Below are positions 51,552 to 60,057 of a stretch of 64,000 bases of DNA, in pieces (positions within the stretch are counted from its first letter, which is position 1; each line of letters starts with the position of its first letter). The notes beneath the pieces are model-generated. The model saw only the letters and a program-made list of their open reading frames with translations, had not been told where the DNA came from and ran no database searches. The DNA comes from an uncultured delta proteobacterium (lineage in GTDB: Bacteria > Myxococcota > UBA727 > VGSZ01), in the NCBI GenBank assembly GCA_963775425.1, contig CAVZJB010000011.1:224001-288000 (forward strand). Direction: 5' to 3'. A program made the translations under genes and the position numbers.

Positions 51552-52310
51552 CTACGAGGGCAGGCTGCGCGACACCACGGCGTTCTTCCATGCCTTGGGC
51601 GCGGCCTTGCCCACGCCCATCAGCGCCACCAGCCCGAGCGGGAAGCGAACCGTCTTTGCCCGGCGCGCGATGCCGTCGTCCATGATGCGGGCGGCCTCGT
51701 CGGCCTCCAAGACGAACGGCATCGGGAACTTGTTCTTCGCCGTCAGGTCTGTCTTCACGAAGCCCGGATGGATGATGGTCACGTCGACGCCCTTCGCCGG
51801 CAGCTCGCCCTGCGCGCTCTCGAGGAAGAACGTCAGGGCTGCCTTGGAGGCGCCGTAGTCGGCGGCCGCGGGCAGGGGGAGCTCCGCGTGCATGCTCGAG
51901 ACGCCGACGATGTGCCCGCGCCCCCGCGAGAGCATTCGCGGCACCACCGGCAGCAGCGTGGCCAGGGCGCCGATGACGTTGGTGTTGAAGACGTCGCGGA
52001 CGTTCTCCCACGATGTCTGGGACACCAGGCGCCCGCCGCCGCCGATCCCGGCGTTGGCGACCACCAGATCGAGCCCTCCCGACTCGTCGTCGAGCTTCTC
52101 CACGGCGGCCGCACAGGCGGCGGCGTCGCTGACGTCGAGGGGGAAGGCGTGCGCCCGGCCGCCCGCCTTCTGGATTTCCTCCACATGCTCGCTCAGGCGC
52201 TCGGCGCGCCGCGCCGCGAGCCAGACCTCGATGCCGCGGGCGGCGAGCCGCCGGGCCAAGGCGGCGCCGAGGCCGGCCGAGGCGCCGGTGACGAGGGCTC
52301 GTTCTGGCAT
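51552..52310 (-). CDS. Short-chain dehydrogenase/reductase
   Basis: LVTGASAGLG, VANAG, YGASK (YxxxK), HPGFVKT. Confidence 0.92.
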   Translation of the reverse strand: MPERALVTGASAGLGAALARRLAARGIEVWLAARRAERLSEHVEEIQKAGGRAHAFPLDVSDAAACAAAVEKLDDESGGLDLVVANAGIGGGGRLVSQTSWENVRDVFNTNVIGALATLLPVVPRMLSRGRGHIVGVSSMHAELPLPAAADYGASKAALTFFLESAQGELPAKGVDVTIIHPGFVKTDLTAKNKFPMPFVLEADEAARIMDDGIARRAKTVRFPLGLVALMGVGKAAPKAWKNAVVSRSLPS

Positions 52311-52388
52311 ACTGTCCACCTCTTCCTTCGCGTTTGACCTCGTGTCGCGGTTCCTGCAACCTCGTCCTCCCGACGCCGAGCACACAAG

Positions 52389-54623
52389 ATGAGCGAGACC
52401 CAGGACCTGGCAGAGTTGGAGATGGCGTTTGCGAAGGACCCTTCGCAGTTCGTCGCGTTGACCACGGCGTACATCCACCATGGCCGCTTCATGGAGGCCA
52501 TGGTCGTCTGCAAGAAGGGCATCAAGCAGCAGCCCGACAACGCCGAGGGCCGCCTGCTCCTCGCCCGCGTGTATTCGGAGCAGGGCAAGGTCCCGAAGGC
52601 GATGGACGAGCTGAAGGCGCTGCTGGAGCAGAAGCCGGAGGTCGCCGAGGCCCACTTCTTCTATGGCCAGATGCTCGAAAAGACGGGCAAGTTCGAAGAG
52701 GCCATCGAGAGCTTCAAGGAAGCCCTCCGCAAGGACAGAGGCCACGAGGCCGCGTCCGCCGCGCTCAAGGCCAAGGGCGTCGACTGGAGCCCGGGCCCCT
52801 CCCCGGAGGAGATCGCGGCGGCCGAGGCGGCCAAGCGCGAGGCGGAGGAGGCCGAGAAGCGCCGGCTGCAAGAGGAGTCCAGGAAGGCCGAGGAGGAGTG
52901 GAAGGCGGAGGAGGCGCGCAAGGCCGCCGCCGCCCAGCAGTCCGCGCCGTCCGCCTCCCGGGGCGGCCGGCGCCCCACGCCGCACACCACGTCGTCGCCG
53001 GCGCCCGCGTTCCCCGCGGATCCGATGTACCAGAGCGCCGCCGGCGCCTACGGCATGTTCTCGGGCCCGGTGCCCGTGGCCTCGGCGGGCAAGCGCCTCG
53101 GCCCCGGCTTCACCTTCGGCCTCGGCGCGCTGCTGCTCCTCGTCGTCGCCGTGGTGATCGCGGGCCTCGCCGTGCACAAGAGCCACCAGGACAAGATCCG
53201 GGTGAGCTGGCAGTCGGCCAAGAACGCCATCAAGTCGGACACCTCCAAGGGCCACCGCGAGGGCCTGCGTTACCTCGAAGAGGCGCTGCAGGTGGACGAC
53301 GGTGAGCCCGACGTCGTCGCCGCCTACGCCTACTCGCTGGCCACGCTCGCCTGGGAGCGCGGCGACCGCGACCTCGACGCCAAGGCCAAGGCCGCCCTGA
53401 AGCGGGCGATGAAGGTGGCCGAGGACAAGCCCGGCTCCATCGCCGCCAAGATGATGGCGCTGCGCAACGAGGGCAAGCCCGACGAGGCCCTTGCGCTCGC
53501 CAAGAAGCTCGGGCCGGACGAGGGCTTGCCCATCCAGGTGCGCGCGCAGCTCGGGCGCACCTATGCGTCGCTCGGCAAGGTGCCCGAGATGCTCAAGGTC
53601 GCCGACAGCCTGAAGACCATCCCCGACGCCATGGCGCTCACCTTCGTCGGCATGGCCTACCGCCGCATCGGCGACCACGGCCGCGCCAGAAACGCCCTCG
53701 ACGGCGCCATCAAGAACGACCTCGACCACGATCCCGCGCGCGCGCTGCGGGCGCTCACCATCCTCGAGGACGACGACGTCACCAACCTCAACGTCGCCAT
53801 CGACGACCTGAACACGCTCAAGGAGCTCGGCAAGGACGCCGTGGGCACCAAGCAGCGCGGCTACGCCAGCCTCGGCCTCGCCCTCGTCGGCGACCGCCTC
53901 GGGCGCGATCACCGCGAAAACGAGCGCGAGCTCGGCCTCGCCAAGAGCGTGCTCGGCAGCGATCCGGAACTGCCCCTGTTCGAGGCCAAGCGGGCGATGA
54001 GCTTCGATCCGCCCGACTACGCCAAGGCCATCGAGCTCGCCCAGAGCGCCATCAAGGACGATCGGGTGCGCCTCGCGCCGTACCTCGTCATCGTCGACGC
54101 CGGCGCCCACTCGCACAACTTCGGCGCGGCCGAGAAGGCCCTCACCGACGCCCAGGCGGTGTTCGGCGACAACCTCGAGATCGGGCTCGCCAAGGGCGAT
54201 CTCCTGTCGCGCCAGGGCAAGTTCGACGAGGCGGTGGCCGCGCTCAAGGCCATGCTCGCCGCCCACGACCAGGCCGAGGTCTACCGCCAGATCGGCGTGG
54301 TCTTCCTGCGCGCCGACAAGATGAACGACGCCGTGGACTGGTTGAAGAAGGCCGCCGACAAGGCCGGCAGCCGCTCGCCCGCGGTGCAGGCCAACGTCTA
54401 CACCTGGCTCGGGAAGGCCTACGCCAAGGCCGGCGACCACGCCAACGCCGTGGAGATCTTCGGCAAGTCCTTGAACGCCACCGCCGAGTACTCGTCGACG
54501 TACCTCTACCTCGCCGCCAGCGAGAAGGCGCTCGGCAACATGGCCAAGGCGCAGCTCGCCTGTAAGAGCTACGCCCGCGCCGAGCCCGGCAACGCCGACC
54601 AGTGCGCGCGCCTCCTCCAGTAG
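52389..54623 (+). CDS. Bitopic TPR protein (TPRs on both sides of one TM)
   Basis: N-terminal TPRs (GRFMEAMVVCKKG), coiled/Pro linker, TM LGALLLLVVAVVIAG, long C-terminal TPR array. Confidence 0.85.
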   Translation: MSETQDLAELEMAFAKDPSQFVALTTAYIHHGRFMEAMVVCKKGIKQQPDNAEGRLLLARVYSEQGKVPKAMDELKALLEQKPEVAEAHFFYGQMLEKTGKFEEAIESFKEALRKDRGHEAASAALKAKGVDWSPGPSPEEIAAAEAAKREAEEAEKRRLQEESRKAEEEWKAEEARKAAAAQQSAPSASRGGRRPTPHTTSSPAPAFPADPMYQSAAGAYGMFSGPVPVASAGKRLGPGFTFGLGALLLLVVAVVIAGLAVHKSHQDKIRVSWQSAKNAIKSDTSKGHREGLRYLEEALQVDDGEPDVVAAYAYSLATLAWERGDRDLDAKAKAALKRAMKVAEDKPGSIAAKMMALRNEGKPDEALALAKKLGPDEGLPIQVRAQLGRTYASLGKVPEMLKVADSLKTIPDAMALTFVGMAYRRIGDHGRARNALDGAIKNDLDHDPARALRALTILEDDDVTNLNVAIDDLNTLKELGKDAVGTKQRGYASLGLALVGDRLGRDHRENERELGLAKSVLGSDPELPLFEAKRAMSFDPPDYAKAIELAQSAIKDDRVRLAPYLVIVDAGAHSHNFGAAEKALTDAQAVFGDNLEIGLAKGDLLSRQGKFDEAVAALKAMLAAHDQAEVYRQIGVVFLRADKMNDAVDWLKKAADKAGSRSPAVQANVYTWLGKAYAKAGDHANAVEIFGKSLNATAEYSSTYLYLAASEKALGNMAKAQLACKSYARAEPGNADQCARLLQ

Positions 54624-54720
54624 GGCGGGGGCTCGTCCGGCCTTGGAAGGCGCTCGTAGGGCGGGGGCTCGTCCCCGGCCTTGGAAGGCGCTCGTAGGGC
54701 GGGGGCTTGTCCCCCGCATC
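54620..54720 (+). repeat. Tandem cluster of three GTAG-REP units with identical spacers
   Basis: GTAGGGCGGGGGCT(C/T)GTCC.. at 54620, 54656 and 54694, separated by GGCCTTGGAAGGCGCTC. Confidence 0.85.
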
Positions 54721-54734
54721 GGAGGGAACGCCCG

Positions 54735-55277
54735 GTGAGCCTCGACGACCTCCTCAAGTCCGCGCGCGCCGCCGTCCGCCACGAGCACCCCGCGGCGGCG
54801 ATCAAGGACCTCGAGGACGCGCTCCTCCTGTTGCGCAAGGACGCGGCGCTCGACATCCGCGAGGCCGTCCCCGTAAACCACGACCACACCGGCATCGGCC
54901 TGTACACCCCGGCGGAAAACGGCGTCGTCGACGGCCGGCGCGTGCGGCTCTACGTCGAGGTCGCCAACTTCACGCTCGCCGCCGTCGGCCCCGCGGTCGG
55001 CCACGCCCAGCTCGACGTCACCGGCGACTTCTCGTTCGAGGACCCGGCGCTGCCCAAGGACGACAAGGGCGGCCCCGGCCTCAAGCCGCTGCAGAAGGGC
55101 GTCTCCCTCGGGACGCAGGCCTTCGACACCCGCACGCCCCTCGGGGTGACGTCGTTCGGCGTCGAGATCGGACTTGGAGACAAGTCCCCCGCCGGCGGCT
55201 ACCGCGTCCTGGTCCGCGTCCGCGACGCCATCGGCAACAAGACCGCCACGCGCGAAGCCCGCTTCGTCTTGCGCTGA
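54735..55277 (+). CDS. Hypothetical protein
   Basis: GC3-rich ORF with GGAGG SD-like sequence; beta-rich C-terminus GYRVLVRVRDAIG. Confidence 0.65.
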   Translation: MSLDDLLKSARAAVRHEHPAAAIKDLEDALLLLRKDAALDIREAVPVNHDHTGIGLYTPAENGVVDGRRVRLYVEVANFTLAAVGPAVGHAQLDVTGDFSFEDPALPKDDKGGPGLKPLQKGVSLGTQAFDTRTPLGVTSFGVEIGLGDKSPAGGYRVLVRVRDAIGNKTATREARFVLR

Positions 55278-55400
55278 AGCAGCGACACGACGGTGTCGTC
55301 ATCATCGGCCCGATGTCCGGAGCGGCCGCGCTTGGTCGGCTGACAGACCGACGGTCGAGGGTCCGAGCGTCGCGGACCGGCCGGTCCCGAAAATGAAAGC

Positions 55401-56432
55401 ATGACCTCCGTCACCGCCCATCGCTCCCGCACGGCTCCCTCCATCACGACCGCCGAGGACCAGCCTGGGCACAGTCTGCAAAAGGATCAGCAGGGCCAAG
55501 GCGTCGCCGAGCTGCAGAAGTTGTTGAACACCGCGGGCGCCAGCCTCGCCGTCGACGGCGACTTCGGCCCCAAGACGGATCGCGCGGTCCGCGCCTTCCA
55601 GCGCGGCCACGGGCTCGCGGTGGACGGCAAGGCGGGCATGCACACGCTCCACGCCCTCCGCGCCGCCGCCGCCGCCGCAGGCCACGGCGATCACACCGTC
55701 GGCGCGCTGCGCGCCCCCACCGACGCCGAGCGCACCTCGCGCCCGTCGGGCAGCGTCCGCGCGGGAGACATGCAGGACGCCCAGCGCCGCACCACGGGCT
55801 TCTCGCCGGCGCAGGGCAGGGCCGCGGGCCGCTTCTCGACGAGCAAGGCCACGCGCGAGGCGCAGGCCGAGCAGCTCCTGAAAAAGCAGGGCGTGGCGCT
55901 CAAGGAGGGTCACACCTACGTGCTTCAGATCGATCAAGACCCGCCGAAGCGCGCGTCGTCGTCCTTCATGCGCAGCTACACGGGGCAGACCGTGGTGATG
56001 CAGGCCCACGGCGGGACGCTCCAGGAGGTCGGCGGTCCGTACAAGAGCTCGAGCCACCCGGCGCAGCTCCGCCCCGTCGGCAGCGACGGCGTCCCCGGCA
56101 CGGCCTTCATTCGGCCCGGCGCGTACGAGTACACCAAGTCGACGCACGTCCATCACGGCAAGGAGCGCTTCGACCCGCTCGAGAACATGCCCGCCGCGCG
56201 CGACCTCAACCACGACGGCACCATCACCGGCAGCGAGAACGACAAGCACTACACCGCCGGCGCCATCCAGTGGCACCCGGGCAACTCCTCGAGCCCCTCG
56301 TCGACGGGTTGTCAGAACATCGACCCGTCGCAGTGGCAGTCGTTCCGCGCGGCGGTGAAGGCCGGCGGCGGCACGTTCACCTACGTGCTCGCGCGCCGCC
56401 CCAACGACGTCACCGGCGCGAACCCGTTCTAG
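55401..56432 (+). CDS. Peptidoglycan-binding domain protein with YkuD-like His/Cys motif
   Basis: VAELQKLL..VDGDFGPKT..VRAFQ..LAVDGKAG (PG_binding_1); C-terminal IQWHPG..SSTGCQ. Confidence 0.8.
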   Translation: MTSVTAHRSRTAPSITTAEDQPGHSLQKDQQGQGVAELQKLLNTAGASLAVDGDFGPKTDRAVRAFQRGHGLAVDGKAGMHTLHALRAAAAAAGHGDHTVGALRAPTDAERTSRPSGSVRAGDMQDAQRRTTGFSPAQGRAAGRFSTSKATREAQAEQLLKKQGVALKEGHTYVLQIDQDPPKRASSSFMRSYTGQTVVMQAHGGTLQEVGGPYKSSSHPAQLRPVGSDGVPGTAFIRPGAYEYTKSTHVHHGKERFDPLENMPAARDLNHDGTITGSENDKHYTAGAIQWHPGNSSSPSSTGCQNIDPSQWQSFRAAVKAGGGTFTYVLARRPNDVTGANPF

Positions 56433-56436
56433 CGGG

Positions 56437-57960
56437 TCACTCGCGGTACGGCGCGGGGAGGTCGCCTTCCGTGGCGCCGGGCTGCAGGAGCTCGACGAGG
56501 CGGCCGTCCTTGTGGACCTGCTTGAGGGCGTCGACGACGACGGGGTCGAGGTGGCGGCCGACGGCGCCCGCCATGATCTCGAACGCTTCCTCGGGCTCGC
56601 TGCCGCGGCGGTAGGGCCGCGTGGAGGTGAGCGCGTCGAGGACGTCGCTCGCCGACACCACGCGCACCTCCATGGGGATCTGGATGGCCGTCAGGCGGTC
56701 GGGGTAGCCGGTGCCGTCGAGCTTCTCGTGGTGCCCGCGCACGATGGGCAGGATGCACTGGAACTGCTCGACGTCGCCGAGGAGCCTGGCGCCGATGGTG
56801 GTGTGCGTCTTGATGATCTCGAACTCGTCGCCCGTGAGGCGCGCGGGCTTCAAGAGCACGGAGTCGCGAACGCCGATCTTGCCGATGTCGTGCAGCAGCG
56901 CGCCCATGCGCACGACGTCGAGGACGTCGGGCTCCATGCCGAGTGCCTGGCCGCAGCGCACGCTGATGGCGGCGACGCGGTCGGTGTGGCCGGCTGTGTA
57001 GCTGTCGCGCGCTTCGAGCGCCCGGATCATGGCGTTCAAGAGCTTGACCTGCTCGCTCTCCACGCGCCGCCGCGCCAGCGCGAGCTCGCGGTTGGCGACG
57101 ATGAGATCGAAGGTGAGCCGGCGCATGTCGCGGGACGCGCGGGGACCCGCGGCGGCGCGCTCGATGCGCTTGGCGAGCGCGATGTCGTCGGGATAGGGCT
57201 CGGCGACGTAGTCGACGGCGCCGACCTCGAGCGCGAGCATGGCCTCGTCGAGGCGGGGCTGGCCGTCGACGATCATCACCGCCGTGGCTTCGTCCATGGT
57301 GTGCGCGAGCCGGGCGAGGGCGCGCACGTCGACGCCGGGGCCCGCGAGCAGGACGGCGACGTCGGCGGGGGCGCGCATCAGCGCGTCGGGCATGTCCTCG
57401 GCGCGGGTGACGCGCACGGTGTGGAAGCCGCGCAGCTTGGCCGCCTCCTGCACGCGGTCGCCGCGCGCGCTCAGCTCGCCGTCGGCGGCGCCGAGGATGA
57501 CGACGCGCGTCGCCGCCCGCGTCACCTGCGACGTCTCCTTCACCGCGCGCAGCGTTTGCAGCTCGAGCCGCAGGGCCTGCTCGTTGTGCGCGCGCTCGAC
57601 GAGCGCGAGGATGGCGCGCCGCACCTCCACCGGCCGCAAAGGCTTGGTGTAGAAGCGGTGGATCTCGCCGGCGTTGATGGCGTACATCGCGCGCTCGGTG
57701 TCGTTGGACGCCGTCATCAAGACGCGGGGCACGTCGGGGTAGAGGTTCTTGGCGCGCTCGAGCACCTGGGTGCCGGTGGCGCCGGGCATCATCTCGTCGA
57801 TGATCATGGCCGCGGGCCGCACGCGCTCCAGGAAGCGCAGGGCCTCCTGGCCGTCGGCGGCCGCCACCACACGGAAGTCGTGGGCGAACGCGCGCGTCAG
57901 CATGTCGCGGATGCCGGCGTCGTCGTCGGCGATCAGGATCTCGTGGAGGGGGGAGGCCAT
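56437..57960 (-). CDS. Response regulator REC-REC-HD-GYP phosphodiesterase
   Basis: ILIADDD..IIDEMMPG; ARDSYTAGH, LLHDIGK, HHEKLDGTGYP, DALTSTRPYR. Confidence 0.92.
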   Translation of the reverse strand: MASPLHEILIADDDAGIRDMLTRAFAHDFRVVAAADGQEALRFLERVRPAAMIIDEMMPGATGTQVLERAKNLYPDVPRVLMTASNDTERAMYAINAGEIHRFYTKPLRPVEVRRAILALVERAHNEQALRLELQTLRAVKETSQVTRAATRVVILGAADGELSARGDRVQEAAKLRGFHTVRVTRAEDMPDALMRAPADVAVLLAGPGVDVRALARLAHTMDEATAVMIVDGQPRLDEAMLALEVGAVDYVAEPYPDDIALAKRIERAAAGPRASRDMRRLTFDLIVANRELALARRRVESEQVKLLNAMIRALEARDSYTAGHTDRVAAISVRCGQALGMEPDVLDVVRMGALLHDIGKIGVRDSVLLKPARLTGDEFEIIKTHTTIGARLLGDVEQFQCILPIVRGHHEKLDGTGYPDRLTAIQIPMEVRVVSASDVLDALTSTRPYRRGSEPEEAFEIMAGAVGRHLDPVVVDALKQVHKDGRLVELLQPGATEGDLPAPYRE

Positions 57961-57989
57961 AGGGGTGGGGCGCTGTTGTTAACCGAGCT

Positions 57990-58685
57990 TCACCAATTGC
58001 GGAAGACCTGCTCAGGCCCGACGCCGCGCGCGAGCAGCGCGGCGGAGACGTCGCGGTCCATCTCGGGCAGGCCGCACACGAACGCGACGACGGCCTCGGG
58101 GCGCTCGAACGCCTTGGGCAGGTGCTCCTGGACATAGCCGGTGCGGCCGTCCCAGCCGCCGCTCTTCGGGCGGCTCACCGTCGGGACGACGCGGACGCCG
58201 TGGCCGGCCCAGTCGCCGTAGCGCTGCGTGAAGACGAGCTCGTCGGGGTCACGCACGCCGTACAGCAGGGTGATGGGCCCGATGTCGTTGCGGCGTGGCA
58301 GCACGTGCTCGATGACCGCGCGCAGCGGCGCGACGCCGGAGCCGACGGCGAACAGCCACAGCTCCTTGCCCGCGGCTTTGTCGACGGGAAAGCCCTTGCC
58401 CTGCGGCCGCCCCATCTGCACGCGATCGCCGGGCCCGAGGTCGAGCGCGGGCCCCACGCGCTCCTCGGGGAGCTTCAGGAGGAACTCGAAGCGGCCGCCG
58501 TTGCCCGGCGGCGAGGCGATGGCGTACGGGCGGGGGACGCCGCCCTCCTCGAACGCCAGCTTGGCGTACTGCCCCGACGCGGTGTGGGCGTCGACGAACG
58601 CGGGGTGCTCGAGCGTGAGGAGCACCTGGCGCGATCCGGCGAGCTTGGACTCGACGACGGGGACGGACGCGTGGGGATCGGGCAC
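57990..58685 (-). CDS. FNR-like FAD/NAD(P)-binding oxidoreductase
   Basis: GQY, RPYAIASPP, FAVGSGVAPLRA, LLYGVR, FVCG. Confidence 0.88.
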   Translation of the reverse strand: MPDPHASVPVVESKLAGSRQVLLTLEHPAFVDAHTASGQYAKLAFEEGGVPRPYAIASPPGNGGRFEFLLKLPEERVGPALDLGPGDRVQMGRPQGKGFPVDKAAGKELWLFAVGSGVAPLRAVIEHVLPRRNDIGPITLLYGVRDPDELVFTQRYGDWAGHGVRVVPTVSRPKSGGWDGRTGYVQEHLPKAFERPEAVVAFVCGLPEMDRDVSAALLARGVGPEQVFRNW

Positions 58686-58802
58686 GTCGCATTCCTAGCA
58701 TGTCGAGGCCGCCGCGGGGCGCGGATCGGAGTGCGCGCGCGGCTCCCGTGCGCGCCGTGGCCCTTGCCCCTCCGCCGCGGGTTCCGCTGTATGGTGCGCG
58801 CC

Positions 58803-59864
58803 ATGCCGGCCAAGAAGATGCGCAAGAAGTCCGCCGCGACCTCTTCCCGAAAGCGCCCGACGAAGAGCCCCGCCAAGCGCACCACCAAGCGCACCGCCAA
58901 GCGCACCACCACGCGCACGGCGAAGCGAAGCGCGAAGCGGTCGGCACCGCGCGCGGCGCGGGCTCCGGCGAAGCGGATGTCGGCGCCGGCGCAGCGACGC
59001 GTGCTCGAGGTCATCGACAGCGCCAGCGAGGTGCAGGCGCGCATGATGGCGGCGCGGGCGCAGGGGCTCACCGTCGGCTTCGTCCCCACCCTCGGCGCGC
59101 TCCACGCGGGCCACGGTGCGCTCCTCGACGAGGCCCGGCGGCGCGCGGACATCCTGGTCGCCAGCGTCTTCGTCAACCCCAGGCAGTTCGGCGCCACCGA
59201 GGACCTCGCCAAGTACCCGCAGCCCTTCGACGACGACCGCAGGCTCTGCGACGCGTGCGGCGTCGACGTGCTGTTTCATCCGAGCGTCGACGAGGTCTAC
59301 CCGGCCGGCTTCGACACCACCGTGAAGGCGGGGGCGCTCGGGGGCTTCCTCGAGGGCGCGGCTCGTCCGGGCCACTTCGACGGCGTGCTCACCGTGGTGC
59401 TCGCGCTCTTTCACGTCGTGCAGCCGCACTTCACCATGTTCGGCGAGAAGGACTACCAGCAGCTCACGTTGGTGCGGCGCATGGTGCGCGACCTCCACCT
59501 CCCCGTGGAGATCGTCCCCATGCCGGTCATCCGCGACGTGGATGGCGTGGCGCTGTCGTCGCGCAACGCCTACCTCTCGCCCGACGACCGCAAGCGCGCG
59601 ACGGCGCTGTACCACGCGCTGATGGCGGCGCAGGACGAAGCCCAGCGCGGCGTCGTCGAGGCCGAGCGCTTCGTGCGCGCGGCGCGGGCGGTGCTCGATC
59701 AGGAGCCCGGCGTGGACGTCGACTACGTCGTGGTGCGCGACCCCAGGACCCTCGAGCCCGTCGAGGATCTCGATGCCGGCGCGCGCCTCCTCCTGGCGGC
59801 CAAGGTGGGCGGCGTCCGCCTCATCGACAACGGTCCGCTGTTCGCAGGCGTCCGGTACCCGTGA
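58803..59864 (+). CDS. panC: Pantoate-beta-alanine ligase with basic N-terminal extension
   Basis: FVPTLGALHAGH, SVFVNP.QF, RPGHFDGV, FGEKDYQQ, ALSSRN, RLIDN. Confidence 0.94.
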   Translation: MPAKKMRKKSAATSSRKRPTKSPAKRTTKRTAKRTTTRTAKRSAKRSAPRAARAPAKRMSAPAQRRVLEVIDSASEVQARMMAARAQGLTVGFVPTLGALHAGHGALLDEARRRADILVASVFVNPRQFGATEDLAKYPQPFDDDRRLCDACGVDVLFHPSVDEVYPAGFDTTVKAGALGGFLEGAARPGHFDGVLTVVLALFHVVQPHFTMFGEKDYQQLTLVRRMVRDLHLPVEIVPMPVIRDVDGVALSSRNAYLSPDDRKRATALYHALMAAQDEAQRGVVEAERFVRAARAVLDQEPGVDVDYVVVRDPRTLEPVEDLDAGARLLLAAKVGGVRLIDNGPLFAGVRYP

Positions 59865-60057
59865 TCTGCCCCTCGGGTCGCTGATCAGTGCGGCCGCTCC
59901 CTCCGGTCGCTGAACAGCGCGGCCGCTCCCGGCCCGTGCCGCGCGTGGCCCTCGTCGCTGTGTCCTCGGGCCGACGGCGTGGGCCGCCTGGCGCAGGCTT
60001 CGACCCACAGGCGGGGCGCCTCTTCGTTTTCGCGGGTTTCCCGGATACAAAGATCGA

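Noticed and set aside
54620-54720. 36-38 bp periodic repeat as a possible mini-CRISPR
   Set aside because: Intervening sequences are identical rather than unique spacers; no cas genes; fits a REP cluster
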